Source: an uncultured Spirochaetota bacterium (lineage in GTDB: Bacteria > Spirochaetota > Brevinematia > Brevinematales > JAOACQ01). Taken from it: a stretch of DNA of 64,000 nt. Below, piece after piece: positions 28,171 through 37,764 of the stretch; position 1 is the stretch's first letter, and each line of letters opens with the position of its first letter. The position numbers and the translations under genes are program-made. Below the pieces are notes generated by a model that was given only the letters and a program-made list of their open reading frames with translations, was not told where the DNA came from and did not search any database. The DNA lies in contig CAVYGN010000002.1 of NCBI GenBank assembly GCA_963768055.1, positions 1,056,001 to 1,120,000 of the forward strand, written 5' to 3'.

Positions 28171-29508
28171 TTAAATTACAGTACCGTCGGAAATAATAGC
28201 GTTTTTAATTATTACGACTATGCCGTCGACTATAGCGTAATCATTTTCCTCCTTATTCAGGATTCCGGTCTCATTGACGATCATAACGTTTTTTCCGATG
28301 CGGCAGTTTTTATCCAGGATGGCGTTTTTTATGACGGTGTTTTCCCCGATCCCTATATCGGGGATCTTTTTTTCAAGGTTTGCCGCTTTCGCATCGTCTT
28401 TTTCATAAAAATCCGCACCGATAATAACGCTGTTTTCTATTTTAACCCCTTTTTTAATAATGCTTCTGACCCCGATTATACTGTTTTTAATATTCGATTC
28501 ATCGATCTTTACTCCGTAACTTATTATAGCAGTATCGATTTTAGAATTAAAAATCTTTGAAGGAGGGAGAAAGCGGGGCCGGCTGAAAAACGGATTGGAT
28601 AGCTTGAATAAATCGAACGGTCCGTTATCCTGGGTCAATTCGATATTGGCCTGGTGGAAGCTCTTGATAGTTCCTATATCTTCCCAGTAATCGGCATGGA
28701 CAAACCCGTATACCTCGTATTTATTCTCAATCGAATAGGGTATTACTTCTTTTCCAAAATCGAGCATTTCCGGATGCGTAAGCAGAATGTCGTAAAGAGT
28801 ATCGACATTGAAAAGGTAAATTCCCATCGAACCGAAGAAAGGCCTTCCGGCGCCGCAGATCGAAGCATATTTTTTCGGGACAGCCCAGCTTTTAATATCG
28901 TCCTTGTTTTTCGGTTTTTCAATAAAATTGGTGATCCTGCAGCCCTCGTCAATTTTCAGGATCCCGAACCGCGAGGTATCCTCTTCCGGGACCGGTATTA
29001 TTCCCAGTGTTATCTGCGCCTTGTTTTCTATATGTGCGGCCAAAAGCGTCCTGAAATCCATGTAGTACAGCTGGTCTCCGGAGAGAAGTAGGACGTATTT
29101 TGCGTCCCCTGAATTTCGGAGCCCCCTGAAATGCCTTAAAGCCCGGCGGACCGCGTCGGCGGTGCCCTGGGTAAAACCGCTGGTCGGGCTGTCCTGGGTC
29201 TGTTCGGTGGCGAGAATATCGACAAAGCCGTTATGAAATATGTCGAATTTATAGGTCTGGGTGATATGCCTGTTCAGGGAAGTCGAATTAAACTGGGTCA
29301 TTACAAAAACACGGTTTATACCGGAATTGATGCAGTTAGATATGGGGATATCAATCAGGCGGTAACTCCCCCCGAAAGGCACCGCGGGTTTCGAGCGTTC
29401 TTTTGTCAGCGGATAAAGCCTGGTCCCTTTACCCCCGCCGAGGATCAGTCCCAGCACCTCGTTTATATTGTAATCAATCTTTTCCCGGCTTGCCGGCGCC
29501 CTTTTCAT
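28171..29508 (-). CDS. glgC: glucose-1-phosphate adenylyltransferase
   Basis: GGGKGTRLYPLT, SKPAVPFGG, GTADAV, SGDQLY, YWEDIGT. Confidence 0.95.
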   Translation of the reverse strand: MKRAPASREKIDYNINEVLGLILGGGKGTRLYPLTKERSKPAVPFGGSYRLIDIPISNCINSGINRVFVMTQFNSTSLNRHITQTYKFDIFHNGFVDILATEQTQDSPTSGFTQGTADAVRRALRHFRGLRNSGDAKYVLLLSGDQLYYMDFRTLLAAHIENKAQITLGIIPVPEEDTSRFGILKIDEGCRITNFIEKPKNKDDIKSWAVPKKYASICGAGRPFFGSMGIYLFNVDTLYDILLTHPEMLDFGKEVIPYSIENKYEVYGFVHADYWEDIGTIKSFHQANIELTQDNGPFDLFKLSNPFFSRPRFLPPSKIFNSKIDTAIISYGVKIDESNIKNSIIGVRSIIKKGVKIENSVIIGADFYEKDDAKAANLEKKIPDIGIGENTVIKNAILDKNCRIGKNVMIVNETGILNKEENDYAIVDGIVVIIKNAIISDGTVI

Positions 29509-29642
29509 CAAATCCTCCTGCCGCAATTAACATTATATATAGTAAACTAAAAAAGTCAATTACAAGCGGTAATTCACCGTCAATTGACAATTATAATGAG
29601 ACCTTTTATATTAGGACGCGGGAGACGATAGAGGGGCGGTGT

Positions 29643-30392
29643 ATGCAGTCAGTCCTTGTGCTGCTGGAAAATACCGAGATGAAATCTCTTGAGGAAAAAT
29701 TACTTCTTTTAAATGATTTACAAATCGTTACGGCAGGGGCGCCGGGAACGATTAGCGCATCCCCTGAGCTCTTCCTTGACCTTACATTCGACATATTCAA
29801 TAAGAACATATCCGAGGAATATCTGTACGGCCAATTTTCGCGCATTCATATGTCGCTCGACTCCCTTTATCACAGGGGGGGAGGAGCTCTGAAGGTTATA
29901 AAAAATTACCCTTTCACAACCAATGTAAACAGGTTCCTTCGAATACACCGGATAATCGATTCGTTCGTGTCTTTCCTGGGCGAATTTTACAATGCTAAAA
30001 TTATTTTTATACCTAACATCATATCAAGGCATGGCTTTCAAATTTTATCCAGCCCCCCTATCAAGCTTATCAATGCCCTCAGGCTGGATAAAACGGACCA
30101 GGTAAATGTAAGGGACGCGTCCCGTTTTTATCTGATATATGAAATGGATGCCATTAACGCCGTTTATAACAGGAAAGGGGCCCTTGAAAAAGACCTCGTT
30201 ATCGAGGGCCTTGAGCTTTCCCTCAGGGATATTTACGATAGGGCATGCCGGATAGTGGGCAATACCCCTGTCCACTTCGATCCGGCATATTTCATTAATT
30301 TCGAATATCCGCCCGAAAACTCCGATAATGTCCAATCCCTGAATTACGACCTCGAAGATATGGTTATCGACATTACCAGTTATTTGTTTTAA
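29643..30392 (+). CDS. hypothetical protein
   Basis: ATG 29643 preceded by GAGGGG; the longer upstream ORF extension overlaps glgC. Confidence 0.6.
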   Translation: MQSVLVLLENTEMKSLEEKLLLLNDLQIVTAGAPGTISASPELFLDLTFDIFNKNISEEYLYGQFSRIHMSLDSLYHRGGGALKVIKNYPFTTNVNRFLRIHRIIDSFVSFLGEFYNAKIIFIPNIISRHGFQILSSPPIKLINALRLDKTDQVNVRDASRFYLIYEMDAINAVYNRKGALEKDLVIEGLELSLRDIYDRACRIVGNTPVHFDPAYFINFEYPPENSDNVQSLNYDLEDMVIDITSYLF

Positions 30393-30408
30393 TTTTAAAA
30401 TGGAATGT

Positions 30409-30678
30409 AACCACAGATTACACGGATTTCACTGATATTTTCTGTGAAATTAGTTTGAATTTTTTGTTGTAATTGTCTAATCATAATATGTAAAAATCAG
30501 GTGAAAATAAATCGATAAATTATTTCATATTCTTTGAGTCCTTTACATTTTTTTCATTTCTTATGATTAAAAGACTTTAAGAACGTAACGACTATAAAAA
30601 ATCTAAATTCTTTAATTATTAATGATTGCACAGATAATTCCAAAATAATAATCTGTGCCATCTGAGAAATCTGTGGTT
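30409..30678. repeat. second CACAGAT-repeat-bounded AT-rich element, no clear ORF
   Basis: AACCACAGATTACACGGATTTCACTGAT ... ATCTGTGCCATCTGAGAAATCTGTGGTT. Confidence 0.7.
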
Positions 30679-30738
30679 TCGTACCCCGTTTGCCAAGTTT
30701 AAAATGTGAGATTATTATTTATATATAAGGAGGCATAT

Positions 30739-31164
30739 ATGGTAAAAGAAGGTGAGAGGGCCCCGGATTTCAAGCTTCCGGCTGATGACGGTTCTTTTGT
30801 ATCGCTTTCAGATTTTAAGGGTAAGAAGGTCGTATTATATTTTTATCCGAAAGACGATACCCCGGGCTGTACTAAAGAGGCCTGTTCTTTTAGGGATTCT
30901 AACGACCTGTTCATTGAAAAAGGGGCTGCAGTGATAGGAGTCAGCGCCGATGACAGCCAGTCGCACAAGAATTTCCGCAATAAATACAACCTGCCCTTTT
31001 ATCTGCTCTCGGACGCGGGGCATAAAGTAATGGAGGCATACGGCGCCTGGGTTGAAAAAACTATCCGTTCCACATTCATCATTGATGAAAAGGGCAATGT
31101 AATAAAGGTGTTTCCACAGGTAAATCCTGAAAAACATGCCGACGAGGTCCTTAAATTTCTTTAG
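30739..31164 (+). CDS. bcp: Bcp-type peroxiredoxin
   Basis: VLYFYPKDDTPGCTKEACSFRD; AAGGAGG RBS. Confidence 0.93.
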   Translation: MVKEGERAPDFKLPADDGSFVSLSDFKGKKVVLYFYPKDDTPGCTKEACSFRDSNDLFIEKGAAVIGVSADDSQSHKNFRNKYNLPFYLLSDAGHKVMEAYGAWVEKTIRSTFIIDEKGNVIKVFPQVNPEKHADEVLKFL

Positions 31165-31327
31165 GGCAGTTCTAATAACTCAAGAATTTTGCCCTTACAG
31201 GACAAGCCCTTTGCATTAACAATCTATCATTTAACTCTATATGCACTTGTGCCCGTTAGGGTATGCCCTATGGGGGCTTCCTATCCGAAGGGCCGAAGGT
31301 ACCCGGAGGGTATATTAAATGCGCCCT
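31163..31327. repeat. degenerate MITE-like element (GGGC....TAATA ends)
   Basis: Imperfect IR AGGGCAGTTCTAATA / TATTAAATGCGCCCT; shares an end and an internal motif with 60746-60897. Confidence 0.5.
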
Positions 31328-31390
31328 GTAAATAAATTGATATTTCAATACTATTGTTATAGAATTTACTCCTTTGAATCGAGAGGGAGT

Positions 31391-33421
31391 ATGTTATATC
31401 GTTTTGTCGTAGTGATCTTATTTTTGACTCATTTCCTGTTCTACGCGGCTTATTCGATAGACAACAGGAAATCCTTTCTTCTGGCCGGTACAGGGCAGGG
31501 AATATATCAATGGGATTTTCGGGGCGACCCTGTCCTTGTCTGGAATAACGAGGGCTTTCCGCCCGAAATAAAAAAGATCCTGCCCGTCCCGTACGGCTTC
31601 TTCGTTTTGACCTCGGCAGGCGTCTTTTTTTCGGAAGATGGGAGGAATTTTCTTGGAAGGAACGAAGGCATTACTTATAAAACTATCAAGGTCATCAATG
31701 ACGGTGAAAAATCGTTTACCAATATCACCGAAGATTTGAAGGATATTGAAGCGGACCCTTCGAATCCGGATAATCTTGTTACCAGCAGCAAGGACAGGGT
31801 TTTCATATCAACAAATGAAGGCGTTTCATGGTTTTCCATCCAGGGCCCGGTACCGTATTCTACTATAAAAACCCTTTCCATAATTTCAAGCCCTGACATA
31901 ACAATATTCCTGGGCCATTCTTTCCAGGGATTCTTTTCATTTACACTCGGCAAAGACGCCTCATGGAAGAAAATGAATACAGGCCTTTATAACTTTTCGA
32001 AAACATTCGAGGAAATCTCCGGGATAGCGGCAGAGAAGGATAACAGCAATTTAAATATATACGCCGTCAATAATTTTACTCCAATACTTTATCAATGGAG
32101 CTCAAGGTCGAATTCCTGGTCTGTCATCGATCACTTTCAAAAGGATTTCGATATGATGGAAAGCATGGTCAAGAAAGGCAGGTATATTTACTTTGTGAAC
32201 CGGATGGGGATCATGCGTTATAATTTGGATACTAAAGCACTTGAACTGGACGGCGCAAACGAGATAAAAAATACTCTGGAATTAAAAACGGAGCAAAGTG
32301 TCTCGGCGATCGGAGGCTATGACGAAAACGGCGAAGAATTCCATTTTTCGGAACTCTGGCTTCCTTCCCTTCCCCCGATGAAGAATTATTACTCTCAGTC
32401 ATCCCAGAAACGAGGGCTTTATGTACAGGCGACCGCACTTAAGGATAAAAAAAGGCTTGATAAACTGATCGATTTCATGAAACAAAATTCGCTGAATATG
32501 ATCACTGTTGATATGAAGGACGATTCGGGATATCTCAGATTCAAGCCCGTATCTAACCTGACCGCGAGTATAGCCAGGGTTGTCAATCCTATCGATCTGG
32601 ATGCTTTTATACCGGTCATGAAGGAAAATAATATCTACCTGACGGCCCGTCTGGTTGTTTTTAAGGATAATGTTTTATACAGTTACAGTAATTATACATA
32701 TGCCGTGAAATCCAGAAGCGTTCCCGGCCATCCATGGCAGGGGACCAAGATAGGCAGGGACGGCGCCTTAAAAAATATAAGGGAATACTGGGTTGACCCG
32801 TACTCGGAAAAAGTGTGGGAATACAATATGGCTATAGCCAGAGAACTTACCGAGAGGGGATTTGACGAGATTCAATTCGATTATGTGAGGTTTCCCACTG
32901 ACGGTTTAAATCTGGATGACGCGAATTTCAGCTTCAGGGAAAAAGGGATGGATAAGGAAAGTGCGATACTTTCATTCTTATCTTACGCAAGGCAAAATTT
33001 AAATGTTCCGATATCGATAGATATTTACGGGGCAAACGGGTATTACAGGACCGATGCAAGGACCGGCCAGGATGTCGAAACATTAAGAAAATATGTAGAT
33101 GTCATCTGCCCCATGTTTTATCCCTCCCATTTTTCAGAAGATTTTCAGTATTGCGAACCCATTGAAAACAGGCCCTACAGGATTTATTATTTCGGGACTC
33201 TCAGGAATTATTTTATCGGTAAAAAAGAGCTTGTGATCAGGCCGTATGTACAGGCTTTCAAATTGTTCGGGCAATTCGACAGGAAATATTACGGCCCACG
33301 GTATATAGCCGATGAGATTTCAGGAGTACAAAATTCAATCGACCTCGGCTATACTTTCTGGAATATGGGTATGAAATATTCCATGCTGCCCGACGCTTAT
33401 AGTAATATAACCATAAAATGA
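31391..33421 (+). CDS. secreted putative glycoside hydrolase (DUF4015-like) with N-terminal propeller-like region
   Basis: VDMKDDSG, ARLVVFKD, WVDPYS, GFDEIQFDYVRFP, PMFYPSH. Confidence 0.8.
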   Translation: MLYRFVVVILFLTHFLFYAAYSIDNRKSFLLAGTGQGIYQWDFRGDPVLVWNNEGFPPEIKKILPVPYGFFVLTSAGVFFSEDGRNFLGRNEGITYKTIKVINDGEKSFTNITEDLKDIEADPSNPDNLVTSSKDRVFISTNEGVSWFSIQGPVPYSTIKTLSIISSPDITIFLGHSFQGFFSFTLGKDASWKKMNTGLYNFSKTFEEISGIAAEKDNSNLNIYAVNNFTPILYQWSSRSNSWSVIDHFQKDFDMMESMVKKGRYIYFVNRMGIMRYNLDTKALELDGANEIKNTLELKTEQSVSAIGGYDENGEEFHFSELWLPSLPPMKNYYSQSSQKRGLYVQATALKDKKRLDKLIDFMKQNSLNMITVDMKDDSGYLRFKPVSNLTASIARVVNPIDLDAFIPVMKENNIYLTARLVVFKDNVLYSYSNYTYAVKSRSVPGHPWQGTKIGRDGALKNIREYWVDPYSEKVWEYNMAIARELTERGFDEIQFDYVRFPTDGLNLDDANFSFREKGMDKESAILSFLSYARQNLNVPISIDIYGANGYYRTDARTGQDVETLRKYVDVICPMFYPSHFSEDFQYCEPIENRPYRIYYFGTLRNYFIGKKELVIRPYVQAFKLFGQFDRKYYGPRYIADEISGVQNSIDLGYTFWNMGMKYSMLPDAYSNITIK

Positions 33422-33469
33422 CAAAATCCGGCTTATGATTTATAATATTTAACAGAGGCGGAACTGCTT

Positions 33470-34102
33470 ATGACCTTGATTGATTATTTCATTCAAGGCG
33501 GGCCTGTAATGTATTTGATTTTACTCTCGTCCGTGTTAGGGCTTGCCGTTTTTATTGAAAGATTCATCTATTTAAGGAATTTTTTAATTTGCGGCAGTAC
33601 TATCATGGGGAAGATCAGGGAAAGGGCGAATAATTATCAAATTGACGAGGCGAAGGCTGAGTGCGATAATAACCCGGGGCCGGCTTCTAATATAATAAAG
33701 GCCGGTATTGAGGTTTCCGGCAGTCCCGTTGAAGTTATAGAAGTTTCGATGGAATCGGCGGCGAAACTCGAAATTTCAGGCATAAACCGTTTTGTCCCTA
33801 TCCTTGCGACAGTCTCGAGCGTATCGACGCTCCTGGGACTGCTGGGATCCGTGCTGGGGATGATCAATTCGGGAACGGCATTAACGGGGTTGACTGAGGG
33901 CGCGGCGGGGCCTTCTAGGCTGATCGGGGGTATAGCACGGTCCCTGATTGCGACCGCGTTCGGATTATGCGTTGCCATTCCGGCTGTTGCGGGCTATAAT
34001 TATATAACCGCGAAAATAAACGCTGTGTTATCGGAAATAGAAAGCTGGACAGCCGATTTTATTAAAATAGCCGGCAAACGGCCTGAAAGATCAAAATGGT
34101 GA
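33470..34102 (+). CDS. MotA/TolQ/ExbB proton channel protein
   Basis: QGGPVM, LLGLLGSVLGMI, GGIA.SLIATAFGL.VAIPA. Confidence 0.88.
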   Translation: MTLIDYFIQGGPVMYLILLSSVLGLAVFIERFIYLRNFLICGSTIMGKIRERANNYQIDEAKAECDNNPGPASNIIKAGIEVSGSPVEVIEVSMESAAKLEISGINRFVPILATVSSVSTLLGLLGSVLGMINSGTALTGLTEGAAGPSRLIGGIARSLIATAFGLCVAIPAVAGYNYITAKINAVLSEIESWTADFIKIAGKRPERSKW

Positions 34103-34116
34103 ACTAAGGAGAAAAT

Positions 34117-35577
34117 ATGACTAAGAAAGGAAAAGAATTATGGACGATGTTCAAAAGAGGTTTTGTCCTGTTTTTTATTCTCCTCGTAATTGGAAGTTTT
34201 GTGGTAAGCCTTGCGTATTCCCCATGGAGCTCGCATCAGGATCTCACCGGCTACAGGGTAGCCAAGGTAAAGGATGAGGTATATTCATATCAGCCAAATA
34301 CTCCATACTATTATTTATATTCGGAAGTTAAGAAAAATTTAGCCGATTCGCTCAAGAGCCAGCTTGATCCGGCCATGTTTAACCAGTATGTAATTTCAAA
34401 AAGCGTCGACTATCTGGTCAGATCGGCCACAGTTTACCAGTTTGCCAGGGATATCGGCGTAGCCCCGTCCCAGGATTCCCTCAGGAGGATTATTGAAATT
34501 ACGACGAGGAGCCCGCTTTACAGGGCGCCGGACCAGGGTATGCTGGATTTTGCGGCTATGCAGTACGACTTAAACGCCATGGAGGGCGATAACGGCGATA
34601 TACTTAATGTTTCAGGACTTCCCACTTACGCCGAACTTTATTCATTTTACGAAATGGAGAATTTTACTCATTCGGCAGAATTTTTATACCTCGATGTGAC
34701 AAATTTTATCGTTAACAGGCTTACAACCGATGATATTAAAGGTTTTTACGATGATAATTTCGGCAGGTATGTCAAAGAACTTTCAATCGATGAATTAAGC
34801 ACAGGCTCAAAATTAATGGCTTTCAACATATGCAGGGATGTTCAAACCGACGGCTGGGAAAAAACTATCGATAAATATAAAGGGAAAGCTAATTACCTTA
34901 AATCCGAGAAAATTAGCGATGCACATGGTACAACGACCCGTTTCGCAGCCGCATTAAAGCTTAAGAAAGGCGCTGTTTCTCAAAAGCCGGTCTTTGAGAA
35001 CAGGGAATATCATGTCATCATGCTCGGTTCTTACCCGGCCTATAACGATCTGAATCCCGAAAATCGCAAAACCGTCGAGATAGAGTTTATTAACCTGAAG
35101 TATAATGAGTTAAGATCAAAATACGACGGTGACATAAAAAAGGCTGTTGAAAATGCGGAAGCATCCCTGAAAATTTCACCCGATTTCAAAAAAGCGGCAT
35201 CGGTTTCAGGTTTTATATATCTGAATTCCGACAAGGTAAATCCTCTTAGCCCGGTATTGGCCGATGAGAAAGGGAACCAGGCTACCCTGCCTATACTTGA
35301 AAATAAGGACCTGGCCGACTTTATATTTACAAGTAAGCCGCTATCGGTAAGCAAAACTTATTATACTGACGGGTATATAGTTATTGCAAAAGTTTTAAAA
35401 GGATCGACGCTTACAAATATCGATTATAAGAACCTTGTAAAAGTATTTCCTTCTGTCAGGAGATACAAGAGCATTGTAACTCTTGGCGATTGGTCTAAAT
35501 CGCTTGAAAAGAGATATCCGCATACCATCTATGAGGATGATTTAAAGAACCTCCAGCAGGTCCTGAAGGGCCAATAA
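34117..35577 (+). CDS. membrane-anchored SurA/PpiD-like periplasmic chaperone
   Basis: N-terminal TM followed by VAKV, helical SurA-N-like region, EYHVI. Confidence 0.5.
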   Translation: MTKKGKELWTMFKRGFVLFFILLVIGSFVVSLAYSPWSSHQDLTGYRVAKVKDEVYSYQPNTPYYYLYSEVKKNLADSLKSQLDPAMFNQYVISKSVDYLVRSATVYQFARDIGVAPSQDSLRRIIEITTRSPLYRAPDQGMLDFAAMQYDLNAMEGDNGDILNVSGLPTYAELYSFYEMENFTHSAEFLYLDVTNFIVNRLTTDDIKGFYDDNFGRYVKELSIDELSTGSKLMAFNICRDVQTDGWEKTIDKYKGKANYLKSEKISDAHGTTTRFAAALKLKKGAVSQKPVFENREYHVIMLGSYPAYNDLNPENRKTVEIEFINLKYNELRSKYDGDIKKAVENAEASLKISPDFKKAASVSGFIYLNSDKVNPLSPVLADEKGNQATLPILENKDLADFIFTSKPLSVSKTYYTDGYIVIAKVLKGSTLTNIDYKNLVKVFPSVRRYKSIVTLGDWSKSLEKRYPHTIYEDDLKNLQQVLKGQ

Positions 35578-35628
35578 GTCTGGTCCTGTAAGGGCCAATG
35601 AGTCCGGTCCTGTAAGGAGCAATAGTCA
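35559..35628. repeat. three imperfect 23-24 bp tandem repeats
   Basis: GGTCCTG(T)AAGG..CAAT.AGTC x3, spanning the stop codon at 35577. Confidence 0.85.
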
Positions 35629-35631
35629 GGA

Positions 35632-36111
35632 TCAATGGGAGTAACTTTTCAAAAACCTGTCCAGATAAGCATCCTGTCTCTCGAGCATTGTCATCTCATC
35701 TTCCGCCGATCTTTCATGATCGAATCCCAGCAGATGCAGCAGGCCATGTATTGCAAGCCGGGCCAGTTCTTCTTCCTCGGTAACGCCATACTCCCGCGCC
35801 TGTTTTTTTACCTGTTCTGTCGATATTATTATATCTCCGAGTATTTCAGGCTCGGTATATCCGTCAGGTTCCTGCGAGTTGAAAAAGTCTTCCTCCTCTT
35901 CCTGCATGGAAAACGAAAGAACATCGGTAGCCGAATCGATCTTTCTGTATTTTCTGTTCATAGAACGGATGTATTGATCGGAACATAAAACCAGATTAAC
36001 CTCGAAGTTTTCCTTTTTAAAATCTAAAAGAATCGTCGACAGAAATTGGGTAAGGCAATCCATTAGAACTGTTTCAAAGCCTTGATGCTCATTAATAATT
36101 ACATGGATCAT
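35632..36111 (-). CDS. ybeY: rRNA maturation RNase YbeY
   Basis: TDVLSF, LGDIIIS, HGLLHLLGFDH. Confidence 0.95.
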   Translation of the reverse strand: MIHVIINEHQGFETVLMDCLTQFLSTILLDFKKENFEVNLVLCSDQYIRSMNRKYRKIDSATDVLSFSMQEEEEDFFNSQEPDGYTEPEILGDIIISTEQVKKQAREYGVTEEEELARLAIHGLLHLLGFDHERSAEDEMTMLERQDAYLDRFLKSYSH

Positions 36112-36138
36112 AATATAGCTGGTCTTTCTTGACAGATT

Positions 36139-36696
36139 TTATTTTCCACCGCTTCCCGGGGTTTTCCCTATAAATTCTCCGCCAGACAGCCTGAAAAGTT
36201 CATTATCCCCCGGATCGTCCGGATCTATGCCGGAAACAGCGTCAGCAGGGGTCAGAACAGCATTGGAACGCGCTATGGCTACAAATATTCCGCTGTTTTC
36301 AAGAATTCCTATCTCCGCGTAATACGGACGATTCGTTTCAGGCACCTGTATATACCAGTTTTTAACCCCATTTTTAACTTCAGTATCGAAATATTTGTCA
36401 GTATCTGCGTAGTACATCCTGATAAATAGGCTTTTATTGGATATCTTTTCCAGCATCATCTTTGTGTCCGGGTTGAATTCCCAGAATGCGAAGATCCAGT
36501 AAGGGTTCTGGACAAGAAGAGTAATTTTAGTATTTCCGTAATCTTCCGGCAGTTCATATTCCTTTTCATTGTAAAAATTCGTGCTTTTTTCGCTGTCGAT
36601 CCCGAATTTTCTTTTTTCCCCATCCAGTATTTCATTTGCGTCCATGGCAGGGCCGTTTTGTTCCATATTTTCATTTCCATTCGATCCGTTAATCAT
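36139..36696 (-). CDS. DUF4912 domain protein
   Basis: ELPEDYG..KITLLVQNPYWIFAFWE, NWYI, ARSN...TP. Confidence 0.8.
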   Translation of the reverse strand: MINGSNGNENMEQNGPAMDANEILDGEKRKFGIDSEKSTNFYNEKEYELPEDYGNTKITLLVQNPYWIFAFWEFNPDTKMMLEKISNKSLFIRMYYADTDKYFDTEVKNGVKNWYIQVPETNRPYYAEIGILENSGIFVAIARSNAVLTPADAVSGIDPDDPGDNELFRLSGGEFIGKTPGSGGK

Positions 36697-36918
36697 AAAA
36701 CCCTCCTCGCCTAAGGTGATTAATTTTAATTGCTAAAAATCAAAAGTCAAGAAATAAGCCAGACAGCATTCTAAAGTGGGCTGTTCAAACAACATTCTAA
36801 AACTGGATATTGTTTCGAATTCAGCATGAAAGGGACTGGGAATTGCTGATCGGCGTTTTTCGCCCAACGGTTCTCCTTCGGCCCTTCGGGCGTAAGAGCT
36901 CTTCGTAAGGACGCTTGT

Positions 36919-37755
36919 TTATTCCTGAATAGAAAAGCCAATATCGATGATCTCGAATTCCTCGCGCTTCAACTGGAAAAGGATTGTTAATATATCTTCC
37001 GGCGTTTTAACCATATCGAAATTCATCGGACGGCTGGCAACAATTGCCCTTATCATTTCCATCGATTCGCTTTTACCTTCGGGAAGGCTTGCGTCGAAAT
37101 GGATGCCCTTTTTTATGTCCGCATTAGAAGGAAAACTATATTTTCCGGCATTGATAAAGTTTGAACCGTTATGCGAATTCGGAAAGAGTAATGCTGCCGA
37201 ATCCATGTAAATGTTAAAAAAGTAAATCCATGCGTTGGTTTGTATTGAATATTCCAGCATGATCCTTTCGCCGGGACGAAGGCGGCGCTCCTTCATATCT
37301 GCACTAAACCCGAAATCCGGCTTATTGCCCTGCAATACATGGTAGTGTAATTTATAATATGCAGTTAGTTTATTCGCAGACGGCTCTTCTTTAAGGAGTT
37401 CGACCTTCTCGATAAAGCCCAGGGTTGAAAGGCTGGCAGAATCAAAATAACTAAGGTTGCCTCCGGAATCATCACCGCTGTTTTTTATAATCACTTTTGA
37501 ACTGGTATATTCCCCTCCCTTGTACTCCGAAACCATTTGAAAGGCTTTTTGTTTCAGACGCTCCCGTGTGTTTGCCATCGTATCGTTCTCACCCATATTG
37601 TAAAACGCTTTTACATAAAAAAAGCCGTTATGTTCCTCAATGACCTGGGCCTGCCTGCTACTCTTCAAGCTTTCTAAAATACCCGAATCATCCATGGAAT
37701 ACGCACTAACCGCAAAAAACAGTAAAATAAAGGTTAATATATAAATGTTTTTCAT
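36919..37755 (-). CDS. secreted DUF4384-like protein
   Basis: Signal peptide; PGE.I...AWIYFFNI...LLFPN....NFI.AG.Y.FP...LPEG...EMI.AI. Confidence 0.7.
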   Translation of the reverse strand: MKNIYILTFILLFFAVSAYSMDDSGILESLKSSRQAQVIEEHNGFFYVKAFYNMGENDTMANTRERLKQKAFQMVSEYKGGEYTSSKVIIKNSGDDSGGNLSYFDSASLSTLGFIEKVELLKEEPSANKLTAYYKLHYHVLQGNKPDFGFSADMKERRLRPGERIMLEYSIQTNAWIYFFNIYMDSAALLFPNSHNGSNFINAGKYSFPSNADIKKGIHFDASLPEGKSESMEMIRAIVASRPMNFDMVKTPEDILTILFQLKREEFEIIDIGFSIQE

Positions 37756-37764
37756 AATATACTC

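Noticed and set aside
33470..34102. ExbB-like gene without adjacent exbD as a novel system
   Set aside because: Lone paralogues are common and the partner may lie outside the window
35559..35628. Possible mini CRISPR array
   Set aside because: Units are directly adjacent with no spacers, and there are no cas genes
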